64,000 bases of DNA from Octopus vulgaris (lineage: Eukaryota). The stretch spans positions 20,708,001 to 20,772,000 of the forward strand of contig OX597817.1 in assembly GCA_951406725.2 (NCBI GenBank), read 5' to 3'. The position numbers and the translations under genes were made by a program. The notes beneath the pieces are model-generated. The model saw nothing but the letters and a program-made list of their open reading frames with translations, was not told the DNA's origin and searched no databases. How positions within the stretch are numbered: position 1 is the first letter of the stretch; the number at the start of each line of letters is the position of its first letter. Positions 14,034 through 26,514 of the stretch are shown here, in pieces.

Positions 14034-14625
14034 CGAAGTCTGATCAATAAGTACCCGGACTATTGACATATTAACGAAGCTGAAGCACGCAGAGTAAAAC
14101 TGCTTGGCGAAGATTCTCTTTGAACTCTGCTATGAATGAGCATTAAGTTTTGATACTTCCACTGTTTACAGCAATGATTGGAATGAAGTTGTGTAGCGTG
14201 AGATCGTCGCATTGACCACGACAGAGAAAGTTGTCATGCGAATACCTTCTCAAAAGCCGACACAAAACTGTAGAGAGTGTATGGAGAGGAGCGTTTGAAC
14301 GGCACACAAGTGTACGAATGTTTGAAGTATCTCCATCATGACCGAAAAAATGTCGATATTGGCGAACATTCCGGGAGATCTGCATCCCGCGGAAATGCGA
14401 AACTCATCACATATATGCTTGCAACGTCAAATCCTCATCCATGAGTTATCAGAGTATGTGAAGATTACTTACGGTTCAGTTCAGTTCATTATCACTGAAG
14501 ATCTGGGTATCGGACGCGTGTCCGCCAAGTTTGTGTCAAAACCGCTTTCATGTCAAGCGGCTTCACTCTGTGTCCTTTAACTTCGTTACTATGTCAACAA
14601 TCCGGATACTTATTGCCAGACAACG
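14034..14625 (+). mobile_element. Internally deleted mariner element with ~60-bp TIRs and transposase N-terminal (HTH) relic
   Basis: TIRs cgaagtctgatcaataagtacccggactattgacatattaacgaag / cttcgttactatgtcaacaatccggatacttattgccagacaacg. Translation RVYGEERLNGTQVYE...EHSGRS...ITEDLGIGRVSAKFVSKPLS matches mariner motifs (RSGRP; WVPxxL region). Confidence 0.85.
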
Positions 14626-15414
14626 TGCAAATGCACAATCACTAAGCCACAGCACAAATACGCATACATTTCCCACCGATGTCGTAAATTATTGTTTAGC
14701 TACATGAAATAAATAACACATGTACCATATTTTATATTATACTGATGGTGATACAATTTTTTTAAGCCCTCGTCTTGCGAAGCTGTAATCTTTTCTCATT
14801 TTAGCCATTTCTTCGTAAAGTTTTCTGCTTCTTTTTCACATTCAGTAATTCTGAATGCTTTTGTTATTTAAATCAAATTATATCATGTCATCAGGAAATA
14901 AAGTATACGTACAGTTCATTGTCTGTGAGTTATGACGCCTACTTGGTATGGTACTCCATGACAGGGATTTGAGACAATCAAACAATGTTATTTTTCATTT
15001 TCTTTACGTATATTCCCCGAACCTAGCATCAGGTCTGAGCAATTAATCTTAATTTCAACAACAACTACTTCCCGTATAGGAAAATATACATGCTGATTTG
15101 AAATCCTATAACATTATTTTTTGGTTGTTCATTGTATACAGTTACTTCCTTATCTCCATACTGAAAATTACAAGCTTCAAATATTCGTTTCTCTGTTAAG
15201 AAATAATATAGATATTTTTTATCGAGATAATTTTGAAGAAAGTTTCACTTTCACCTATGCTACTGTATTACTGTTTCAGTCATTCAAACGAATATATTAT
15301 GTTTGAATTTTTTGCTATTACAGTTATTTCCTATTCCCAAAACTATAAATTTCATTTCTTTTGAAGAACTAAATGAAACCCTACTATTCCCTCCTCTACA
15401 AAGTTTTATCTTCT

Positions 15415-15605
15415 ACTAGCAGAGATACCCGGCGTTGCCCGTGTTACATGCAATTGAAGAATTAGAGTTTTCTATGGAGATCTCATAGCGTCGACTGTGG
15501 GCCGGTAGCTATGTACGATCGACCCAATGGCGCCCAGAGCGAGCTTTGGTCGCCATAGCATCGACTGTGGGCCGGTAGCTGTGTACAGTCACCCACGAAA
15601 AAGAA
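15415..15605 (-). mobile_element. Helitron-like element 3' fragment
   Basis: Minus strand ends cacgggcaacgccgggtatctctgCTAG|T; internal duplication catagc.tcgactgtgggccggtagct.tgtac x2. Confidence 0.55.
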
Positions 15606-15756
15606 TAAGAATTCAAACTATGTGTTTTGTTTGAAGCATTTCTTTTTGTTTTTGAAAATTTTAGTACACAATAAAACTTAATACATTGGTTTCAAATTTC
15701 ACTTTGATCTAGATGAAAAGGCAATAAAGTAAATCTAAATATATTAGTATAATAGA

Positions 15757-15970
15757 AGGTGGCAAGATGACAAAATCGTAAGCGCGTCGGGCAAAATGCT
15801 TAGCACATTCCATCTGTGTTCGGAGTTCAAATTCAGCGAGGTTAATTGATATTTTAATACTTTTCATCCTTTTGCGATAGATAAAATAAGTAACAATAGA
15901 GGACTGGGGTCGATTTAATGGGTTTACTCCCACCGCCAAATTTGCTGGCCATGTGCCAATATCTGAAACC
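15757..15970 (+). mobile_element. SINE family C (tRNA-like head, Nin-domain-like body), diverged copy
   Basis: gagttcaaattc...gaggt...ttttcatcct..gataaaataagta...ctggggtcgat, shared with 15998-16730. Confidence 0.7.
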
Positions 15971-15997
15971 TATATGTTAGTATGATAAAAATACCAA

Positions 15998-16730
15998 GAG
16001 CTGGCAGGAACGTTAGCACGCCGGGCGCAATGCTTAGCGGTATTTTGTCTGCCGCTACGTTCTGAGTTCAAATTCTGCCGAGGTCGATTTGCCTTTTATC
16101 CTTTCGAGGTCGATTAAATAAGTACCAATTACGCACTGGGGTCGATATAATCGACTTAATCCGTTTGTCTGTCCTTGTTTGTCCTCTCTGTGTTTAGCCC
16201 CTTGTGATTAGTAAAGAAATAGGTATTTCGTCTGCCGTTAACGTTCTGAGTTCAAATTCCGCTGAGGTCGACTTTGCCTTTCATTCTTTCGGTCGATATA
16301 ATTGACTTAATCCGTTTGTCTGTCCTTGTTTGTCCTCTCTGTATTTAGACTCATGTGGATAGTAAAGAAATAGGTATTTCCTCTGCCACTACGTTCTGAG
16401 TTCAAATTCCGCCGAGGTCAACTTAGCCTTTCATAATTTCTGGGTCGATAAATTAAGGACAAGTTACGCACTGGGGTCGATGCAATAGACTTAATCCCTT
16501 TGTCTGTCCTTGTTTGTCTCCTCTATGTTTTAACCCCTTGTGGGCAGTAAAGAAATAAGAAACGTTAACATGCCGGCAAAATGCTTAGCGCTATTTCGTC
16601 AGGATTTACGTTCTGATCTCAAATTGCACCAAGGTCAACAATGCCATTCATTCTCTCAGGGTTGATTGATTAAATAAGTACTAGTTACGTAACGTGGATG
16701 GAATCGACTTACGTCTCCCCTAAATTACTG
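15998..16730 (+). mobile_element. Tandem array of ~4 SINE family C units
   Basis: acgttctgagttcaaattc..gaggtcga..tgcctttcat...aatcc.tttgtctgtccttgtttgtc recurs at ~16058, ~16241, ~16391 and (diverged) ~16608. Confidence 0.85.
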
Positions 16731-17265
16731 CCCACTCGTTATCGAGTATGGCCATTGCGCGAAGCTTAATCAATGCTGTTATCGTGCAATGCCTGTGCAA
16801 GAAGATTTTTTTAAAGTGAGAAAAGGCTGTGCACTGAGTCAATCTCACTCACTAAGCAACAGCAGCCATAATCCGAAAAGAAAAACATGTCGACATCATC
16901 GGTAACCACTGAGCCGCAGGTTTTATGTCGGAGTTATCCCAGTTACCTTCTCCTAGAAAGGTGCCCTAACAAAGGCTAGGAGTCCTTCACTCCCAATGGT
17001 TTAACCGTGCGATCGGGTATTCGGTCCGATTATTTCTATGTCCCCGCGCATGATATAGCTTTAAGACATTTATTGGATGACCGTTGACTCTCAAGACTTC
17101 CTCCGCCCTTAGACGGGTTTTGTTTTTCATCCCGTAGGGTGTCCAATAAACACGCTCCTCACCAAGCAAGCTTGGTGGTTTTGCCGGTTTAGTCGCCGAC
17201 GGCCAGACCATGCAACATGTTGTACTGTGTTACATGTTACCAGAAGGACTCGAAAGTGACCTGAC
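16730..17265 (-). mobile_element. Non-autonomous RTE-derived retroelement (5' UTR joined to 3' end)
   Basis: Minus strand carries an RTE 5'-UTR-type motif agcctttgttagggcacctttctaggagaagg and an RTE-type 3' end ggccatactcgataacgagtgggca; no ORF. Family call is from recognition only. Confidence 0.55.
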
Positions 17266-17462
17266 ATGAATATATATACATATATACATACATACATACA
17301 TATACATGCACATACATACGCGAGTACACGCATGCACATACACGTACGCAATGAACATATGGTTGTAGAAATAGATGACTACGAGAGATATAGAGGCAGA
17401 GAGCGTATGACGGAATAAAAGAATATTATGTAGCCATCTAAGTCTGTATAACTGTCATTTGT

Positions 17463-17852
17463 AGTGGAGGCGCAATGGCCCAGTGGTTAGGGCAGCGGAC
17501 TCGCGGTCATAGGATCGCGGTTTCGATTCCCAGACCGGGCGTTGTAAGTGTTTATTGAGCGAAAACACCTAAAAGCTCCATGAGGCTCCGGCAGGGGATG
17601 GTGGTGATCCCTGCTGTACTCTTTCACCACAACTTTCTCTCAATCTTACTTCCTGTTTCTGTTGTACCTGTATTTGAAAGGGCCGGCCTTGTCACTCTCT
17701 GTGTCACGCTGAATATCCCCGAGAACTACGTTAAGGGTACACGCGTCTGTGGAGTGCTCAGCCACTTACACGTTAATTTCACGAGCAGGCTGTTCTGTTG
17801 ATTCGGATCAACCGGAACCCTCGTCGTCGTAACCGACGGAGTGCTTCCACAC
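17463..17852 (+). mobile_element. tRNA-derived SINE family A (tail type 2)
   Basis: 12-bp TSD actgtcatttgt at 17451-17462 and 17853-17864; near-identical to 10860-11249. Confidence 0.92.
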
Positions 17853-18244
17853 ACTGTCATTTGTTCAATAGATTTTAATGGATGATGAAGATAAATCATT
17901 ATGCCATAAATTAGTTATAATGTATTCTAGCAACTTTTGTCACAGCCTCGTATAAATATTCCAAAAGGAATTATTTTCAGCCAGTCTTCTAAACATATTA
18001 TAAATTCTGATACGAGACCAAGAAGTTTCCATTCATTTCTAAATATCTTCATTTCAGCCGCATTTCATTTTGTTCAAATTCGCACTGAAGCATCTGCTGC
18101 TAAGTTTTTAGACCCCTGCCCCTCCTCCACTCTCTCTCTCTCTTTGACATGCACAAACTCATATGTACCCATGTGCGTGTGTGTGTGTTGGTTTCTGTGT
18201 GTGTGTATGTGCGTGTGTTTTGCGTATATTATTAGTGTATCCAA

Positions 18245-18450
18245 ATGCGGTGAGGTGTCAGAATCGGTACCACCTGTGATAAAACGTTTAGCCGTATGTT
18301 ATATTTCCGATTTTACGTTGTGAGAACAAGTATTACCAAAGTTCAATTTTCGTTCATTCCTTTCCGGGATGATGAAATAAGAACTCGTCGAACACCAGGG
18401 AAGACTAGCCGACTCCCTTTGAATGTAAGGCTTTGTGCCTATAGTAGAGA
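18245..18450 (+). mobile_element. SINE family C, highly diverged
   Basis: Residual motifs ttagccgtat.tt...ttacgttgtgag...ttcattcctttccggg..gatgaaataag...ctttgtgcctatagtaga. Confidence 0.5.
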
Positions 18451-19269
18451 GAAGTTTTAGTATTACATGCTCTTGATTTTAATATTATTTGTGGGTTACA
18501 GTTATATCTTACGGAAGGTTCTTTCTTGCTAAATTGTTTGAATATATTTGGCGATTGATGGCCTTTGTCGTTAAATGTATATGGATTATGATAAACCAGT
18601 GTCTTTCTTTAATACAGATTACTTTTTTTGAAAATCCGTAACGGTACAGAAAATAGTGAGAACTATCGAAGGTGGGAGGAAATTACAGGAAATAGATTTT
18701 ATATGATTTATGTGTAGACACAAGAGAGATATAAGAAGGCAGGGAAGTACATTTTAAATTGTGATATTTGTAGAAATACGATTAGCATGTGCAGGTGGGT
18801 AAAATAAAAGTGGCAATGACAATAGAAGCTTATTGCTACGCTACGAAAGTGAATTGAATTGAATATATAAATATAGTTTGCTGATAAAGAAAATGAAATA
18901 ACTGTTACAATGCGAATGATAAATTGATGATGATATAAATAATATGGACTAAGCAATAGGAAACCATAATTGAGTGTTTATAGTTGTAATAATAATAAGG
19001 ATATATTCAATTAAACTGCTGTAGGAATACGGAATATTTTTTTCAATGGAAAACACAGTAAAATTATAAGTTTAACATTGGAACTATTTATACATTGTTT
19101 AATGATATGTTCCTACTACTCTTAACCTGCCAACAAAAGTCCGTTATGATGCTACAAAAATATCATTTAATCGTCGACCGAAACACACTGAAAAATTCGG
19201 AGAGGCTATATCTAAAATTTGAGATTTCATATTCATCTGATTGCATTGTTTATACACCTTGGTACGTAC

Positions 19270-19341
<72 letters not shown>

Positions 19342-19912
19342 GTGTGTGTGTGGGTGTGTGTGTGTATCAAAGCATATAAACATATATGATCAAACACATA
19401 CATGCATACACATATCGACATAGAGAAACTGTGTGCGTGCGTATGTGTGTGTGTCTGCGTGTCTGTGCGTGTGTCTATGTGTGTGCGTGAGTGAGTGTAA
19501 ATGTTTTTCGTTTGTGTGTCTACTTGCTTTCTTAAGGGCCATCATAATGTTAAATGTTATCATTGTTTCCAGCCTGATTTTAATAGAAAAATAAAACTTA
19601 GGAAAACATAAATATATTATGGAGTGTATATGTGTAGCAGACATTCTAAAATAGACTCCTACAATTTCCACAAAATAATATATATTTATACGTTGTATCT
19701 AAGCCAACTTTATATGCTTGGCAATTACAAAAACAAAAAAAATATTTGAGGATTTTATTATGAATTCTATAAAAGTAATTGATTCTCGCCACTTTTTAAT
19801 GAATGATATTTGTTCTCAAAATTATATGTAATTAGATCTTTTAACGATATATTCGGTACTCGTTGCTTGTAAATTATGCATGTATGCGTATATGTACAAA
19901 TATGCGTATATG

Positions 19913-19981
<69 letters not shown>

Positions 19982-19983
19982 TA

Positions 19984-20058
<75 letters not shown>

Positions 20059-22351
20059 TTATATATTTGTTTCTATGTATATATGTATATGCGTCTTAGT
20101 GTGTGTACATATGTATGTACGTAGGTAAGTAGATAGGTAGGTAGGTATCACCAGACAGGACAATAAAAAGATGTTACTGCAACAGTAACAGATAGCATTC
20201 TATATTCAAATCTGCCTATGAAATGTTCAAGAATCGTGATAAATATTTCCGACATTTATAACGTCTGCTTTATTTTTATTAATGTTTATAAGTAATAATG
20301 TCTATTGTTATTGTTTTGTTGCATTTTTCTGCTTCATCGTATACACTTTTATTGAATTATTCATTTATTTTCATATGTTTGTATCTAATGATATCTTAAT
20401 CAAATGCGTTAAACGTCTTCTCGGTGTTCTGGGTGATAAATAACACCCAGTGTGAAAGAAATAATAGGCAGTTCAATAAGGTATATACCGAAAACTGTCT
20501 CGGCAGGGTGGTCTCAGAATTTATTCCGTAAATTAACACGTAAGCTACTAAAATATGAGAGGAATGACACGGAATGCATAAAATATCATACGCGTTGCTT
20601 GCATTGCATTTCAAACACTTCTCGGCCATTACATATAGTGTCAAAAACACCACTTTTTAAAAAATAGTCTTTGTTTATCATGCTCTTTTATAACTGCGAT
20701 ATATTTCTAGTCCATAACACTTTAAGAATCCCCTTACTTATTAATTTGTAATCAATATAAGTGAATGCATTAAGTGACACATCCTAAAATAATAATGGAA
20801 ATGACTATGCATAACCCCCAAAATTTTTGATTGCATCGTCCGCAGTTTTTGACTAAATATTTTATTTAATCGATCTAGATTTAGCAAAGGTGAAGTTAAC
20901 TGCAACAGAATTTTGACTGGGAACATTCAGGACATATAGAATATTATGCACGTAAAGCATTTGATATCTGAAAGAGATTATAATAAGCACTAGTAAAGCG
21001 TTGCCTATAGTAAAACATGAATGAACACCATGAAGATTTTCAATGGCCTTTCTCATAATGTTAATGGGATCTTTTGCATACATAATTTCATCATTCTCAT
21101 TGAAGGCGACGACATCATTGGAGTCAAGATCATTACCTCCGTTTCCACCTCATTAATAATTTGTAGACCATTACCGTCAACATAACTTTCATAAAAACAA
21201 GACATTTACAGCAATTTTACCTTCATTGTCTAACATCACCCCACCATGCTCCTCACCGCAATCAATTTAGCATCGTCTTTGTCTTCGTTATTATTAAATC
21301 ATCACCTCCAGGACCAACAGTGTCCTCATTATCATTAACAACATGTCTCTCACCATTTTGCACACTCAATTACCACTACATTGTTTGATATCGCGTAATA
21401 TTTATTACCACTACTCAAGACATGATAACACCTCACCTACCGCTTGATCTAAAGTATCCGTCAAGATTTGATCCTACTTGTCCGACCTACTTTCTACTAT
21501 TTGTGATGCCTGTTTCCGAAGAAATGTTGAATATCGTCCTTCGAATGACATTTTTCGTTAATCCATTCGTGTTAAATTTTTTTTCAGTACTATAAGGTCG
21601 TGGAAATGTAACGATACGCATCGTTTTGGCTTCTTAGTGGGTAGCAAGTCTTGTTTCTGCATTTGAAAACGATGCGGGAAAATCAAAGGCATTATACTTA
21701 CTCTAGGCATTTATATTTAGATGTTTGTCACTGCTTAACGCTTCTTCAGTCACCTAATCTTTCCGAACATAGTTTGTCATACTCCAATGCCAAAATGGTT
21801 ACAGTTTTAGTATTATGTAAAATATACTCATTCTGTTGGTTCAGGATATATCTGCAATCACTGCTGAGAACTTTGAAACGCTAGTAGTTGATTGATATTA
21901 ATATAAAACAATATAGTAAAATAAAAGATAAAACTAAGAAAAAAGAAAAATAATCTTAGATTCATATCACATTTATTTTGAAAGAACCCACATAATACAC
22001 TATTTTGTGGAAATTTTTAACATCTATGATGAATATTTACATTAAAAATATAGCATAACAGGAACAGGCAGTCTCCGTAACAGTATGCATTATATCACAA
22101 CACGAAGTGCATTTGTCACATGTGAAGGCTAAGCAAAACAGATGTCTACCACCCACAACACTTGAGCCACGACCGAGCCACACCATCCGTAGCACACCCT
22201 CACCGTTCCAGAAGCAACAAGTTCCCCACTTTAGTCAAGTCAAGCAGAATTATCAAAAGAAAAGGCAAAGTTATTTGGTAAACATCTTCAAGAATGAAAT
22301 TTTCCGAGCACCTTTTAACTCCCAGATATTGAATCTTCTAGCATTTGTGGT

Positions 22352-22933
22352 TCTTCTTCTTCTTCTTCTTCTTCTTCTTCTTCTTCTTCTTCTTCTTCTT
22401 CTTCTTCTTCTTCTTCTTCTTCTTCTTCTTCTTCTTCTTCTTCTTCTTCTTCTTCCATTCAGGACTCACGCCATTAGCCACAAAGAATAATCTCTAATTC
22501 AAGCGTACTCTAAGCTACTAAGAATGAGTGCGACAACTTGAAGATCCACCCACCACACGCGATAGACTGGCGGTTGCACGGGCGCGGAAATTACGTTGCT
22601 ATCCTCATTCCATAAACGGCTGCTTTTAACAGGTGGAGAGCTGAACCATCCTGGGGTACAGAGGATTCGCAATCTAAACTAGGGTCTTAAAGTTTACCAC
22701 ACAGTAGTGGGTTACACCATGGTTCCTCTGCTTTGTGGCAGAAGTAGAAAGAAAGAGTGAGAGAAAGTTGTGGTGAAAGAGTACAGCGGTATTCCTCCTC
22801 ATCACCATCGGAGCCTCATGGAGCTTAGGTGTTTTTGCTCAAAAAACAGTCCCAATGCCCGGTCTGAGAATCGAAACCGCGTTCTTGCAACCGAGAGACC
22901 GCTGCCCTACCCACTGGGACACAGCGCCTTCAC
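22352..22933 (-). mobile_element. SINE family A head with a third tail type ending in (AAG)n
   Basis: 22745-22933 is the reverse complement of the family A head. It continues into a different ~290-bp body and the (CTT)n tract at 22352-22455. Confidence 0.7.
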
Positions 22934-22996
22934 TTCTGCTGTTTCATCCACGAGTCATCGTTTCAATCTAATCTAAATGAGAATGAACTGGGAGCA

Positions 22997-23280
22997 TTCT
23001 TTTATTCTTTTATTTGTTTCAGTAATTTGACAGCGGCTATGCTTGAGCACCGCCTTTAGTCGAACAAATCTACCTCAGGACTTATTCTTTGTAATCCTAG
23101 TAATTATTCTATGGGTCTCTTTTCCCGAACCACTATGTTACGACAGACGTCTTTCAGTTTCTCCCAGCTAAATCCACTCACACGGTCTTGGTCGGCCTGA
23201 GGCTATAGTAGAAGGCACTTGCCCATAGTAACATGCAGTGGGACTGAACCCAGAATCGCACAGCCGCTCATGCCACTGGC
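22997..23280 (-). mobile_element. SINE family B, internally deleted
   Basis: Reverse-complement match to both ends of 24311-24798. Confidence 0.8.
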
Positions 23281-24231
23281 CATCTTTTGTTGAAAACTTT
23301 TCCTGAAAATCACCAAGTTGAAAACCACCCTAAAGTCGTTGAAAATCTTATGAAAATATGTGTTGTAGAATGTATTTGAAAATGTATTTGTTACATTCAC
23401 ACCTCGAGTTCCTCCCTACGAACCTCAACGCTGTGAGTGATGAGCATGCTGAGCGCTTCCACCAACAGATCTCCGTTACAGAAAACAGATACCAAAGTAA
23501 TTTCAATGCAAGCTTGATGAGAAATTATTGCTGGCTCCTGAAGAAGGAGAGCGCATTATCTTACAAGCGACAAAGGAAGAGGAAACACCAAGATTTCACT
23601 TAAGAATAGGAAATTGCTTTTCGGTAGTAACAACAAAATGCTGACGCGCTTTGGCTGGATGGGATGTGCGCAGGTGTGGTAACTCCGTCAGTGGAATTCG
23701 CTGTCTGTTTTAAGTCAGAATAAAATAGGAAAGATATCCATGTTCACTAATTATTTCAGCATGCTTAACTTAATACGTGGCACGGAAAAGTAACTTAGAC
23801 ATCTTGTGTAAGAGAAGCGGGGAGTAAAAGAATAAATAATAGGGGTTTTCGGTTACACAAATCTGGACGTGTTGGAGAAATTTAGCTATAAGATCTTAAA
23901 TTCTTCTTCTTCTTGCGCCCTTTTAGAGTCTAGCCATGCTCATGGGCCCGGTTTCTCGGTTTCGATGGAGGATGTTATTCCCAGTCCATTGCGGTGATAC
24001 TCAGTTTTGCCAGCTGAGTGGATTGGAACAACGTGAAATGAAGTGTTTTGCTCAAGAACACAATGCATCGCCCGGTCCAGAAATCGAAACCACAATCTTA
24101 CGATCATGATGCTGCCACCCTAACCACTGAACTACGTGCCTCCACAGATCTTAAAGTAGCATCGGAATTTGGTAAGAATCACAAGTTTAGGTGTATGAAA
24201 GAAAACAAAAGTTGAGATTTGTTGCCTATTG
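23281..24231 (+). mobile_element. Chapaev3-like (CMC) DNA transposon relic: transposase C-terminus plus 3' end, interrupted by a SINE
   Basis: ORF 23358-23603 CRMYLKMYLLHSHLEFLPTNLNAVSDEHAERFHQQISVTENRYQ...NYCWLL matches the MSLKxHFLHSHLDFFPxNLGAVSDExGERFHQDI motif. Putative end gatttgttgcctattg. Superfamily name is from recall. Confidence 0.7.
23901..24145 (-). mobile_element. tRNA-derived SINE family D, inserted in the Chapaev relic
   Basis: 10-bp TSD agatcttaaa at 23891-23900 and 24146-24155; head gtggaggcacgtagttcagtggttaggg; body tgtgttcttgagcaaaacacttcatttcacgttg..ccactcagctg; (AAG)n tail. Confidence 0.88.
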
Positions 24232-24310
24232 TAACATATCCTGGAGATATATAAAATGCGTCCAAATGCTTATTTATGGTGGATGAAGATAAAATGAGAA
24301 ATATGATATA

Positions 24311-24475
24311 GGCACAGGAGTGGCTGTGTGGTAAGTAGCTTGTTTACCAACCACATGGTTCCGGGTTCAGTCCCACTGCGTGGCACCTTGGGCACGTGTC
24401 TTCTACTATAGCCTCGGGCCGACCAATGCCTTGTGAGTGGATTTGGTAGACGGAAACTGAAAGAAGTCCGTCGTA

Positions 24476-24564
<89 letters not shown>

Positions 24565-24798
24565 GTGCATGTGTGTGTTTGTGTGTCTGTGTTTGTCCCC
24601 CTAGCATTGCTTGACAACCGATGCTGGTGTGCTTATGTCCCTGTTACTTAGCGGTTCGGCAAAAAGAGACCGATAGGATAAGTACTGGGCTTACAAAAGA
24701 ATAAGTCCCGGGGTCGAGTTGCTCGATTAAAGGCGGTGCTCCAGCATGGCCGCGGTCAAATGACTGAAACAAGTAAAAGAGTAAAAGAGTAAAAGAGT
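24311..24798 (+). mobile_element. SINE family B, full length, with internal (TA)n and (TAAAAGAG)n tail
   Basis: tRNA-like head ggcacaggagtggctgtgtggtaag...gggttcagtccc; about a dozen homologous pieces in the window. Confidence 0.9.
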
Positions 24799-25643
24799 AT
24801 TACTCTTTTCCTAATCTGGTTTCTTCATTTTGATTTAGAACGTTTCTCTACCATCATTGATTAAGACATTGCGTAAAACGATTTTACCACGCTTTCTACA
24901 ATATTACAAAATTGATCAAAAAAATACGTGATAGGGAAGAACGATAGTGGAAGCATTGAATATATAAACATATGAGAGCAGAAGCATTTGGCTTATACAA
25001 ATTCTCTCTTTGATGACTCATTCTTTTCCTATAATCAAATACTAATATACCTTGAATTAGCATTAAATTTGCAAAAGATTGATGTTCGTTTTATAGACAG
25101 TTTGTTGCTTCCGTTTATAATATATTGCATAACTCCACTGACGATATGATTATAAATCCATTCAAATCATTCGAGCAAACGTTATCATATCTTCCATTAT
25201 ATAATTTCTTTTGTCATTCCCGTCTGGAGATACTCATCTTTGCTTATGTTTTGTCTGTTTAATATTCATACGATTTTTGAGGAATACTAAAACGTTTTTA
25301 ACGTTTATATTAAGCGTTGTGTAACCTATACTTTCATTACTTATTAAATTGCGAAAAAACAAAAAAAAAACGTAAGGTAGATGTCTACATTTTTATGCTT
25401 TCCTGGTTTACATGATTAGTGCAAAATTCGTTTCTAAATTCGTTCATACATACATAGGCCGTGATTATAAATACAATATATGTATATAATTCTATTTATA
25501 TATGAACATATATCAAATTGTACCTTTAGCATTCTGTCATGTACTGCTCTCTTAATCTTCGTTTCTTTTCACCTTTCTCTTTGTTGCTACAGGCATACAC
25601 ACAAGCCCATACTTATGTAAGTCTGTGAGTATAATTATATACA

Positions 25644-25675
<32 letters not shown>

Positions 25676-25679
<4 letters not shown>

Positions 25680-25879
25680 TTAATCCAAACATGAAAACAC
25701 AAAGAGAAAACACAACAACGCGAGGACGTGGAAAAAGTATAGTGGTATTGGACGCTCAGGAAACGAAAGAAAGGAGGATGTAACATTCGTCATCAAAAAC
25801 AGAGGAAAAGGAAAGATCGAAGGAAGGGAAGACGGAGGAAAAAGATCGCCAACGATACAAACGCGGTAACATATTGAAT
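25676..25879 (-). mobile_element. pLTR-like repeat in (TA)n; homolog of 47931-48140 with HHR stem II missing
   Basis: aagttaatccaaaca...gaggacgtggaa...ttggacgctcaggaa...gaagggaagac.gaggaaaaa..tcgccaacg shared; flanked by (TA)n on both sides. Confidence 0.7.
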
Positions 25880-25895
25880 ATATATATATATACAT

Positions 25896-26003
<108 letters not shown>

Positions 26004-26049
26004 GCAAAGTTAAAGAAACACAGTTGGTTTCATGTCTGGATGGTTAGCG

Positions 26050-26410
26050 TGAAACAATGACTGTTCTCTGCCAATGTTGTTTTTAAAAAAAGCACATGAA
26101 CTCCGAGGCTACAGTGTACCATGCAAAGTATCCTGAAACAGAATCAGCAATAATCACAGTAACAACAATGTCAACACAGGGTCACAAGCTAAAACTTTTG
26201 TCGGGTTTTTTTAATCCAAATTAAAAATTCGTCTGAGCAACCACAAATCTTCTTTCGGGATGCCGGAAAGATGCAATACAACGACACTCGCAGCGTCCTA
26301 AAGGACGATCATAGCCCTTCAATATCGGATGGAAATTATTACAAACATGTGGACCCTATCGCAATGGAACAAAGCTATGTAAATTGTGTATTGCAGAAAA
26401 ATATCTCATC
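26050..26410 (+). pseudogene. PLE GIY-YIG endonuclease relic (CxLCxxEK C-terminal type)
   Basis: Translation ...KTFVG...KIRLSNHKSSF...TTL...WKLLQTCGPYRNGTKLCKLCIAEKYLI. Confidence 0.75.
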
Positions 26411-26514
26411 CTAATGAACTCACCTGAACTACAGGACGGAAGTGGTGGGATGCAATGAACATTATATTGGGGAAACAAAAACGAAATTAACCAACCGGTT
26501 AAATGAACACATAC

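Noticed and set aside
15998-16730. CRISPR-like repeated array
   Set aside because: Units are 150-190-bp SINE multimers without unique spacers, in a eukaryotic context with no cas genes.
20700-21090. Possible hAT dimerisation-domain relic on the minus strand (similar hint at ~29250-29450)
   Set aside because: Motif similarity is too weak to call by eye.
21617-21676. 11-bp inverted repeat cgcatcgtttt/aaaacgatgcg as a pre-miRNA
   Set aside because: The interior pairs poorly; stem too short for a miRNA precursor.
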